64,000 nucleotides of DNA from Blastocystis sp. Blastoise (lineage: Eukaryota > Protista > Bigyra: Opalinata), in assembly GCA_039096225.1 (NCBI GenBank), contig JBBPEB010000009.1, positions 124,001 to 188,000 on the forward strand, in the 5' to 3' direction. The stretch's first letter is position 1; each line of letters begins with the position of its first letter. The translations under genes and the position numbers were made by a program. The notes beneath the pieces are model-generated. The model made no database searches, had not been told where the DNA came from, and saw only the letters and a program-made list of their open reading frames with translations. This document shows positions 18,926 through 35,244 of this stretch, one piece after another.

Positions 18926-19989
18926 ATGATTCTATAAATATGATATATATATATATATATCATCTCCTTTTTATATTCCTTTTTATTAACTATTTTTATC
19001 ATCTTTTTCATATATTTTATTTTATATATTATTTCTAAATTGTACATGTAATAATAAAATTATATTATATATATATTTGATACTTATTATGTTTTCTTCA
19101 TTTTTCTTTTTTAATACATTTTAGTTTGATTGTTTATTATTTATTTTTTTTTTCAATTCGGAAGAATTGTATGTATATTTTTATTATATTTTAAAATTAA
19201 ATTCTTTTACGTATTAATCTTTTGCTTTAGTTATTAGTTTTGACTGCTAGTATTTATAAAGTATTTGACATTTCTAAGAACGCTAATTTAATATATATAC
19301 ATTGTTAACACATGAAAAGTAATTTGAAAAACATGATTTCCTCTCACATTCATGATTATTCCATATATCTCATCATATTATTGCTCAAAACAACTTAGAA
19401 CATCTCATAACATAATAATGAAATAAATTTATGAGTAGATCACTTGATACTTTGTTACATCGACACATTTTTTCATTTTATTTATGAATCTCTGAAATGA
19501 AACACAATGAATCATACTCAACGTGATCACCGTAATCTAAATATCCAATGAAATATGAAATCTTTCCTTTTTGAATTCCATCACATCATTTCGTGCTAAT
19601 CAGATTCAATATAATCCAAACATAATAAGAACAATGAATAGCAGCAAGTGACTAACATAAGCAAATACTTTAAAATGACAGAAATATTCAGTTACAAACA
19701 TAAAATCTATCATTTTGTTTTTGTCAAATCTATCATTTTTAAATTTTTTTTTGATATAGTTGATTTCCTTGTTGATTTCGTTTGTATTTGAGATGATATT
19801 CAAATTTTATTTGTTTTACTCTTTCAAATCTTGTAACTCAAATAGAGTATGTGCCATATATATATGTTTTATTCGCATTCATTGTTTTTTCTATGTTCTT
19901 TTTTTAAGTATTATCTAAACAAATCATAGATACTATTATGAATATACTATTATAGTTGTTCTATATATGCTTTTCTATTATTTAGGACC

Positions 19990-22900
19990 ATGTCAAGTAC
20001 AATTCAAGTGTGTAACTCCAAATCTGCTTTCCCTAAGACTTCTCAAGGCATTAAAAAATATCTAGCTGACAAAAAACGTGCTCATAACAAGAAATCTAAA
20101 AAAAATGCAACAGTAACTGAAAATTCATTCTCTATGATGAATAATCCTTATTTATATGTTTTTGGGGAGAACGATACTATTTATAATTCTGAAAATGATC
20201 CTGAATGTTCTTCACTATGTGGAAATACAAAGATATACACTCCTCTAATGGAAACTTCCACTATTATAACAAATCAAGAACAAACTATTCCTTCTTCTTC
20301 TTCTTCTTCATTAAAGAATCCGAAATCATCATTAGAAAATAGCGATATATGTAATACGCCATCCAATATCAATCAAGATCAATGTATAAATCCATTCATA
20401 CCAACAAAATCAACATATAAATCAAAAATAAAAGTTTTTGATTCAATGAAAGATTTGAATACTATTCGAAAAGAACTGATCTCTCTTCCTAATAATATAA
20501 ATCATTCTCAATATAATTCAAACTGTTCACAATCTTCTAATCTCAAGAATATGTCTTTAAATGATTATCATTCTATAAAGAGTCAATCTCTTCAAGATAT
20601 TCAAGATGAATGTACTGTTACTAATAATTTAGAACAATTTAAGAATTCAAAATCCTTTCCATCAACTACTTTTAATACATCAAATCCTATTCTTGAAAAT
20701 GACAAATTTTCTGAACCCTATATAATAGCTTCTCAATCACCGTTATCTTCTTCAGTAGATCTCTGTTCTTCTCAATTATTATTATTCTCATTATCTCTTT
20801 ATAAAGACTGCTCTTTCTATGATTCTCTTGTTTCTTATACAAAAGAAAACAAAAATAAAAGTAAAAAAACAAAACAAACAAAAAAAACAAAAAAGATTGC
20901 TAAGGTTTCGAATATTATTAATGATACAAATGATATAATTACTACTACATATAATAATTCTCAATTGAAATCAACTCAAATCAATGAACAGAATAATATA
21001 GATATTACTGAACAATCATCAGATTCTATATTATCTATATCTCTTCATCCATCAGATTGTTTATATACACTAAATCAATCTGAACAACAAAATATTTCTA
21101 TTTCTACTTCTCAAGATGTATCGAATGCTATAGTTCTATCTTCTGTACATACATCAAATACATCATTATCTTCTACTTGTATATCTTCACACTCCTTTAA
21201 TACTACACAAACTCTCTCTCAAACTATTATCTCTCAAACTAATCTCCAAGATACTATTAATAATAATATTAATGTTTCAGATAATAAATACAATACTTCA
21301 TTAGTTTTTTCTACAAAGTCTATAACACAAGTCAATACTAAACAATATACAAAGAGTCAATCTATTCTCCTTCATCAGTTAGAAAATGAAGAATTTGTAT
21401 CTACTTGTCAAAAAGAAAAGGATATAAATTATCAATATTTATTAGTAGAAAATGAGGATTATAAAGAACATATTCATGATTTAGAAATAGAATGCAATAA
21501 TATGATGGAAGAAAACAGTTATTTAAGAAATTATATTATTTCTTTAGAAGCTATTCATGAAGAAGATACAATTCAATTAGATGAATATAAGAAAGAAATT
21601 GAAAAAAATGATGAGGATTATAAGGCATTATATAGTGATTATCGATTACTTCAGAATAACTATGAACAACTTCAAAAAGATATATATTTAAAAGATATTC
21701 AGTATAAGTCTTTATTAAATATATCTGAAGAAAAAGATAAATTAATTGATAAGATATCTTGTCAACTAGATTTCTATATTCAGGAGATGAATGCTCTTAA
21801 AGCATATCCTACACCCTTAACAGAATCTGATATGATACATGATGATATTATAGATACTATAGATATACCTTTAGAATTAAAAGAACAAGGAGAAGAACCA
21901 AATGCTACTTTATTATCTTATTATTTATTATCTCAGAAATGTTTAGATCATTTAAATAAGATTTCATCTTTTATTTCTACATATAATTTAGAATATAAAG
22001 TATTGTTTCATTCTATGGATTATGTTTCTTCTTCTAAACTTCCTACTACTGATATTGAATTATTAGCAAAAGAAGAAGATTTAGATAATATTCCTCAAGT
22101 TGTTTGTTCTATACCTTCTTCTTCTTTACTGTCAAATGGTTCTGTACACTCTAAAGAAACTGTTTCAATTGGAACCATATATAATACATTTAGTAAACCA
22201 GATCGTGATATTATATGCTTACAGTATAAATCATCACAATCACTTTATGATACTATTGAACAATTACATTTTAAGAATTATGATATAGAAATGAAAAATC
22301 ATAAATATATAACTCAATTACTAAATAAGGACTCTGAAATATCTCAACTAAATAAGAAAATGAATAAATTAGAAGAATCCAATACAATCTTAGAAGATGA
22401 AAAGAAACAATTTGAAGAATATAATAATTCTCTTATCTCTACTCTAGATATGTATAATCAACAAATCTCTCAATTGTTAGCAGTTAATAATGAATATAAA
22501 GTCTCTATTGAACAACAAGAAGAATATATTGAGACATTACAATTAAATATCAATCAAATGACAGAGAATATGAATCATATAGATGAAGATAATAATGATA
22601 AGTATCACTCTTCTCTTTCATCATCTCAAAATTCGAATATAAATAGTATTAATAATTTGAATATAAATAGTATTGATAATTTGAATATGAATAGTATTGA
22701 TAATTCGAATATGAATATTATAAATAATTCGAATATGAATATTATAAATAATTCGAATATGAATATTATAAATAATTCGAATATAAATATTATAAATAAT
22801 TCGAATTTGAATAATTCTTCTTCTCTTGATTCTACTACATCTATAACTAATGCTAATATCTCACCAATATCTACTTTAGAAACATCTACTGTATCTCAAA

Positions 22901-24032
22901 ATAGTTTAGATTCTTCTTGTACTATCCCTTCAACTTTCAAAAGTATTTATTCATCTTCATCTTCTAGTATATATAAAGAGAATACAGATGATTCTTCCTA
23001 TTCTAGTCTTTATAATCAGTATAAATGTTTAATAACTATTGTAGAAGAAATGAAAAGCCGTATATATCTATCAGAATCTAATAATTATCAATGTAATCAA
23101 TGCATACAAGAGATTACTCAATATATACAGAATCCAATAAATACTGATGAATCTATATTATCAAAGAATATACTCTCTATTATTGAATCTTATTCTATAG
23201 ATAATGCATATGATATCACATTAGAAAGAGAAATTAATGATATATATAATGTCATAACACATATAGAAGAAAATGTATCTCATTTAGATAACAATAGTAA
23301 TAATGATATACATATAGTCACTCCTAATTTTGATTCTGTGAATAATTGTATAAATAATGCTCTTACTGTATATATACCAGATTCTTCATCTTCTATATGT
23401 GAATCAATTTCTATTCCTAATTTATCATCATCATCTTTATCATTCTTTATTTCTTCCTCTTCTTTGTCCTCTTCTTCTTCCTCTCTTCCTTCCTCTTCTT
23501 CTTCTTCTTCTTCTTCAACTCTTCCTTCTTCTTCTTCAATAGCAAATACAGATATTAATAATATACAAACAGTTATTCCAGATGAAATCACATTGAACGA
23601 TTATAAAGAAAAGTATACAACTCAAGATAAGTATATACAGAACTCTGATTCTCAAGACTACAATAGTATTCCTGCAAATAGAATGACCACCACCACCACC
23701 ACTAAATCAACCTCTATATTAGCAGGTACTACCCATAGATCAACGATAAATAATAATAGTGTTATCACCACCACAAACACTAATCCTTTTTATCATCAGA
23801 TTACTCTTTTTCATCCTATACATTCTTATTTTATTATTGCTCATAATCAATCGTTCATTCGTTTTCTTTATTCTTCTTTAGCCAATTCAAATCTTCTTTC
23901 ATATTCTTCTTTTCGTCATAGAAATTCTTCTCTATATAATCTTTTCCATTTCCTTGATCAAAAGAAAATATCTGTATTTCATGTGGATAACTTTTCTTCT
24001 TCTTCTTCTTCTTCTTCTTCTTCTTCTCCTAT

Positions 24033-24073
<41 letters not shown>

Positions 24074-24243
24074 TATGTCCATCCCTATTAGCATCTCTTT
24101 TTCATTCATCATTTATCATCTCTAAACAACGATGCCAGTCTTATTTATTCTACATTTATCCTTCTTTTTTTATCTTATTTTATATACATTTTCCTGCAAA
24201 TGGAACAACTACAATTCTTATAGTATCATCTCCATTCTCATAA
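19990..24243 (+). CDS. Large S/N/T-rich hypothetical protein with a central coiled coil
   Basis: 1417-codon uninterrupted ORF in very AT-rich DNA; no domain recognised; ends uncertain. Confidence 0.7.
22630..22815 (+). repeat. Coding 24-nt minisatellite (NNSNMNII)
   Basis: Tandem aataattcgaatatgaatattata-like units. Confidence 0.85.
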
Positions 24244-25008
24244 TAATTACTATCATTTTCTTTTTTTCGTTTTTCTACTTGTGATTATTATCTCTTTTTT
24301 TTTTGATATATATATATATTATTTACTGTTTCTTCTTTTCTCTTTTTTTTATTAATCAAATATTTTTTCCATTTAATTCTTAATTCATTTATTTTTTTGT
24401 TTTGTTTCATTCATAAGTATGCTCTCTGTTATTGTTGACATTTCTATAATTATATAAAAAGAAAGAAATATTTAAGAAAAGATTTTTTTAAATACAAGAT
24501 AAAAGCGAAGTATATTCAGAATCATTATCTCTATGTATCCATATTAATTCAAATCCAGTTTCTATCAGAATGCTAGCAATGTTTCATTTCAATAAAAAAA
24601 CATACGTAAAATTATTATTAAGAATGCATTATATCTATCACCAAAAACCACAAAGTGTAATCTATATATTAACAATTCTTTACATGTACAACAAACTAAA
24701 AGAAAACATTTTTTCGTGAATCACAAAAAAAAAATACTTATTATGCAAAACTACATTATGAAATATTCCCAAAATAACACATCATAAGCTTCCATATATG
24801 AATTACGTATATTTAATAAAAATAAAAGAGAGAACAAATTACATACACCGTTTGAAAATATAAAAACGATATTGAGTTCTACTACTATTTAGAACTGATC
24901 AAGTACTTACTCTTCTATACGTTTTTAAAATGTATACAGTCATATAATTGAATAATATTTTTATTTACTGAAATGATTTTGAGGATTGGTTTCAGTCAAT
25001 GTTTTTCA

Positions 25009-25097
25009 AGAAGACTCTCTTGGGATTCAAATTTTCTAAGAAAGTCAGTGTATGAATATTCTTAGACTCTCAAGGCGTAGAGAAAGACTTTCTTGGA
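25009..25097 (+). promoter_or_regulatory. Conserved upstream element, copy B (putative structured RNA leader)
   Basis: Homologous to the reverse complement of 2277-2366; repeats 73 nt apart. Confidence 0.6.
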
Positions 25098-25112
25098 GAG
25101 CAAACTTGACTC

Positions 25113-25217
25113 AATATACAGTTTGGCGACAGCTGAGTTTCGGTCGCTTTTAAAAATGAGCCACTCATTTTGATGCAGATGTGTTTCAAAAGACATTTTT
25201 CATGTCGACTGTATATT
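25113..25217 (+). ncRNA. Predicted multibranch (cloverleaf-like) RNA domain of unknown class
   Basis: Closing stem AATATACAGT/ACTGTATATT; internal hairpins GCGAC/GTCGC and AAAATGAG-CCA-CTCATTTT, plus a weaker third arm. Confidence 0.4.
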
Positions 25218-25324
25218 ACAATTGAACTGAGGATTTCTTTTTGTATTCTATTAGAATTCTATGCAAAATTAAAATTATTTTTCATTTCATTTATTTATAT
25301 TTCGTGTTTGAATATATTTATAAA

Positions 25325-26473
25325 ATGGAACATTTGATTATAGTTATAGCTTGTGATTGTTATGATTCTACTAATACTGGTGGTGTAATCACTGCTCAAA
25401 GATTTACAAGAATTCTACGAGAACAAGGTCATACCGTACGAATTATAGCTCCTGGAAAGCCTGAGAAAGATAAATACCTTGTACCTGAATTTGGAAGAAA
25501 CAACCCTCTTGGAAAGCTTTGTGAACAACAAGGCATTACGTTAGCTAAGATCAATAGAGATTCTATTCGTGAAGCCTTGACAGGTGCCGATGTTCTTTAT
25601 ACTCTCATACCTACTCCTATGGCATACGCTTGTATTAAAATAGCAAAAGAAATGGGTGTTCCAGTTACTACGGGATTTCATACATTACCTGAAAATTGTA
25701 CATATAACGTTTATTTAGGTTGGTTTAAAGCATTGAATTCATTTGGATATACATTGTTGAAGTGGCTCTTTTACAGTAAAGTCAATTTTATTCATTGTCC
25801 TACACAATTTGTTTGTGATCAATTAGAAAAGCATCATTATAAAGCTAACAAGTATGTTTTTTCTAATGGAACTATTCCATTCTTTCATCCAATGGAAGTT
25901 GAAAGACCAGAAGAATTGAAGAATAAGTTTGTTATTATTTCAGTTGGTCGTTTATCTAATGAAAAACGTCAAGATATTCTTATTAAGGCTGTAAATCGTT
26001 GTAAATATAAAGATGATATTGCTATTATTCTTGGAGGTAAAGGTCCAAATGAGAAGAAGTATCGAAATTTAGCTAAGAAATTACCCAATCCTATACATAT
26101 AGAATTTTATGATCAAGAGAATTTAAGAAAGACTTTGAATATGTGTGATCTTTATGTTCATTGTGCTGATGCAGAAGTTGAGTCTATGTCGTGTACTGAA
26201 GCTTTTTCTTGTGGAATAGTTCCTTTGATTTCAGATGCTAAGATGTCCGCTACAAAACAATTTGCATTAACAAAGAATAATATATTTAAAGCTGGTTCTT
26301 CAAAGGATTTAGCCAAACATATTGAATATTGGATGGATAATCGTGAAGAATTAAGTAATTTAAGTAAACAATATATAGATTTATCTAAAAGTTATTCTAT
26401 ATATAAATGCGCTGATAAAATGGTATCTATGTTTCATGATGCTATTGAAGAGAAGAAGAATAAAGTCATGTAA
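25325..26473 (+). CDS. Intronless GT4 glycosyltransferase, homologue of Helicobacter cholesterol alpha-glucosyltransferase
   Basis: Colinear motifs GHTVRIIAP, KIAKEMGVP..GFHTLPE, YNVYLGWF, IHCPTQF, SNG, VGRLSNEKRQDILIKAV, GKGPNEKK, LYVH...EAFSCGIVP and SATKQFAL resemble my recollection of H. pylori HP0421. Likely ATG at 25325. Confidence 0.85.
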   Translation: MEHLIIVIACDCYDSTNTGGVITAQRFTRILREQGHTVRIIAPGKPEKDKYLVPEFGRNNPLGKLCEQQGITLAKINRDSIREALTGADVLYTLIPTPMAYACIKIAKEMGVPVTTGFHTLPENCTYNVYLGWFKALNSFGYTLLKWLFYSKVNFIHCPTQFVCDQLEKHHYKANKYVFSNGTIPFFHPMEVERPEELKNKFVIISVGRLSNEKRQDILIKAVNRCKYKDDIAIILGGKGPNEKKYRNLAKKLPNPIHIEFYDQENLRKTLNMCDLYVHCADAEVESMSCTEAFSCGIVPLISDAKMSATKQFALTKNNIFKAGSSKDLAKHIEYWMDNREELSNLSKQYIDLSKSYSIYKCADKMVSMFHDAIEEKKNKVM

Positions 26474-27159
26474 TATTAATATTTATAGAATTCTCTATAT
26501 GTTTCATAGTAATGTCTAGCATATATATAAACTTGTTTTTCTTTATATATATATATATATATTTGTTTTTTTCGCATGATTCAATATTGAATCATGTTTT
26601 TCTTATTTTTTTCTATTTTATTTCTTTTAGAAGATATATATATATATATCTTAATATTACACTTTCTTTAATATTTTATTCATATTAAATTAATCCTATT
26701 TTTTTTTTTAATTCTTTTATTATTAATTTCAAGAATATATGAAATTTAATAACGTAAATATAGTTATATAATACCACTATTTCATTTTGATCAAGTATAG
26801 TATTGTTTGGTTTTTAAAATGTAATTGAATCATCTTTATAAATAAGATGAAAGTTATTAAAAAAAAAATATATATATATATGTATACATATATATTTTAT
26901 GTAAAAGGATATAATATATATGATACTCTTAGATAACAAAACTCATAAGAAAAAATATTTTATCTACATTTAATATTTTAAAGAAAAAAAAGAAAAAGAT
27001 AAAAGAGAAAGGAAAAAACTAGATAGAAGAATATAAATAATATGAATATATATCTGAGAAAAAAATGAGGAATATAAAATACAAGGTAGAGAGTGAGGTA
27101 TACAATAGAGATCTATTAAAATTCATAAAAACAAGTAACTCCTTGGTTGATATAGAATT

Positions 27160-32141
<4,982 letters not shown>

Positions 32142-32503
32142 GATACAACAATTAATGAGATAGAAAAAATATACAGAAAATGAATCTATTCAAACACTTT
32201 TTTATTTTTTTTTTTTGGTTTTTTCTCCTAAGACACAAATAACAAAACCTCGTTTTCCCATGAATCTTCATAAGAAATGCTCATTATTTTTTTGTGTTGT
32301 ACTCTATAGAAACAGATTTATTTTCATTCTATTTTATTGGATATCTCTCAATGAACCACTAATAAAACATCATTAAAGAACTCTATTGATTTATTGGGTG
32401 AACCAATTCATAGAAAACCCACCCTTTTCAATTTCTTTTTTTTAAACATAAATCTATTCTTTTAAAATGATTAAAATAATTTGATTAAGATAAAGTATAA
32501 TAA

Positions 32504-34636
32504 ATGGCTCTCAGTACTTCTGTACGCAAACAGTAATTATATATTCAATTGATGTTATAAATATGTTATAGAGCTGAAGAAATCATCAGTAATGATTATG
32601 TTGAAGATGAAGAAGATTCTTTTGAAAACGTTGATAAACTCCAAGTATGATTATTTTAATAGGATGTAGCTATGAAAATTTTAGCAATTTGGAGTAAATG
32701 CAACAGATATTAAAAAATTAAAAGAAGCGGGTTTATATACTATTGGTCTTGTTATGAAAACTCCTGTAAAAGTATGATTTAATCTAGTCATAAATCTTTA
32801 TATATTATGTATTGTAGGATTTATTGGCTGTTAAAGGTTTGAGTGAAGCAAAAGTAGAAAAAATTCTTCAAGTTTGTAAACAGGTAATTCAATTGATTAT
32901 TATGTTTTTTTATATACGTTTATTATTTATATATATAGATAAAAGTATATATAATATATATTGATGTATATCTAAATGAATGTAGGTTGGTGGTCTTTTT
33001 TATACAGGGAGGTATTTTTTATTATTATTAATTAATATATATATATATATATATTCTTTTATAATATATAGAGAAGTGATGCATTTACGTGAAGTATTTA
33101 TTGTTATATAGTGTTTATTGTAGAATGTTGTTAACTGTGATATGCTATATCTTAGATAATGTTTAATATATATATCTATTATATTGAATAATTATATATA
33201 TATAATAAATTATTATATAAATTATTATTTATATTAGATATAATAAATGATTATATTAGATACTATTTACATTATATATAATAATTTATATAATATAATC
33301 TAGAAAGTGATAAAGATTACTACGGGAAGTAAAGAATTAGATACTTTATTAGGAGGAGGGATAGAAACAATGAGTATTACCGAAGTTTTTGGAGAATTTA
33401 GAACAGGAAAAACACAATTAGCTCATACTTTATGTGTTACAACACAATTACCCTCTGAAATGTATATATACTGATATCATCTATTAATTATATATATATA
33501 TATTATAGGCATGGTGCTAATGGAAAAGGTTTGCTATTTTTATTTTACCTTTTTTAATATATATATATAGTGATATTCCTAGATACAGAAGGAACATTAT
33601 ATCCTTTATATTAATATATATGAGTTTATATAAATATCAAATAGGAGTAACCTTAATTAAAAGTTACTAGACCTCAACGTATTATAGAAATAGCAAATCG
33701 ATATGGATTAAATGGTGAAGATGTATTAGATAATATTCTTCTTGCTAGGTATATATATATAATATATAATATATTGGTATATACTACTATTAATTATATT
33801 CTATAGAGCTTATACACATGAACAGCAGATGGATATTATAACGGCAGCAGCTGCAAAAATAGTTGAAGATGAAGCTCCTTATCATTTATTAGTATATATC
33901 TCATATTTACTGATACATCTTATATAACACATAGATTCTTTTTATTTATGAATAATAATCATGTTATTTAATATATCATCATTTCTCTTCTTAATTAAAT
34001 AATTATTATAATAATGTATTATCTCTATCTATATAGATTGTTGATTCTGTTACAGCATTATTTAGAGTTGATTATTCAGGAAGAGGAGAATTATCAGAAC
34101 GACAACAAAAACTAAATAGACATATGAGTGCACTAAAAAAACATATCCATTCTTTTTATAATTATAATAATTTATACAATAGTTGTAATTAGTGATCTTT
34201 AATATATATGTACTCGCTGAAGAATTCAATATTGCAGTACTCATTGTTAACCAAGGTATATTCTATCTATTATATATTATAAATACTCTCATCTATTGAA
34301 TGATCTCTTCTAGTAACTGCAGACCCTGGAGCTGCTTCTATGGTATATATTTTTAGAATTTATCCTTTATAATAAAGCAAATTCTTTAAAAAAAATAATC
34401 ATTTTAGTTTGTAAAAGATACCAAGAAACCAATAGGAGGAAATATTATAGCTCATGCAAGCACAACACGTCTCTATCTACGTAAAGGAAAAGGAGAACAA
34501 CGAATTTGGTATGTTTATAAAATCATAAACAAATAATTTATTTGTATATAGTAAAATATATGATAGTCCAGATCGACCAGAATCAGAAGCAACATTTGCT
34601 ATCGGTACTTTAGGTATAGTAGATGCTGAAGACTAG
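32504..34636 (+). CDS. DMC1: Meiotic recombinase DMC1, 16 exons
   Basis: [84 protein letters not shown] and [16 protein letters not shown]; absent from the ORF track. Confidence 0.93.
33599..33667 (+). other. U12-type AT-AC intron (69 nt)
   Basis: 5' ATATCCTTT, branch CCTTAAT at 33651-33657, 3' AC; removal restores GTF-RPQR. Confidence 0.92.
34143..34213 (+). other. U12-type AT-AC intron (71 nt)
   Basis: 5' ATATCCATT, branch TCTTTAAT at 34196-34203, 3' AC; removal restores LKKL-AEEFN. Confidence 0.88.
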
Positions 34637-35244
34637 CTAATTATCACTTTAAACTCTCATCAACAAAGAATCTATAACCTATCCATATAAAAATTTATTT
34701 ATCAACCTAAATGAAATACTAATATATCTTTTTCTACAAATAATGAATAAAAAATTTCAAAATGTTAAGTTTATTAGATATTCTTATTTCATTATTTTAT
34801 TTTAAAATAAAAATAATTGCACATACAATAATAGTAGAAGCAGCAATAATTAAGAAAAATACCTTTGAATTCACTAAGATAATGAATAAAAATGTGTAAT
34901 TAAATAAAAACGAACTGAATTTTTCTGACAAAAACAAATTCAATTCTGTTTCGTCTTAACAAGATAATCTTGATTTTATTTCATTTTTGACTAGAAACTG
35001 TATAGAACAAATAGAGTCCCTTTTTAAATAGGTCTTTTCTTAAGTTATACACCTTTATTCTATTGGTGTGCCTTTATGTTTTACGGGAATTTATGAAAAT
35101 TCAGAGAAATTCCATAAAAGTCTAAATGGAGAAGTCCTTTCTAGATATATGCCTGTTTTAAACTGAATATTTTTTTATTTGTATTATTTTATATAGCTAA
35201 TATCTATAAAAATAGAATTCTTTTCATAGTTAATATATTGATAA

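Noticed and set aside
25060-25101. Glycine-riboswitch-like words (CUCUCAAGG, AAAGAC, UGGAGAG) and an IRE-like CAGUGU at 25046
   Set aside because: The CCGAAG core is missing; CAGUGU has no IRE stem and is absent from copy A
25113-25217. tRNA or a variant U1/U11 snRNA
   Set aside because: No T-loop or D-loop boxes, no U1 loop motifs and no convincing Sm site
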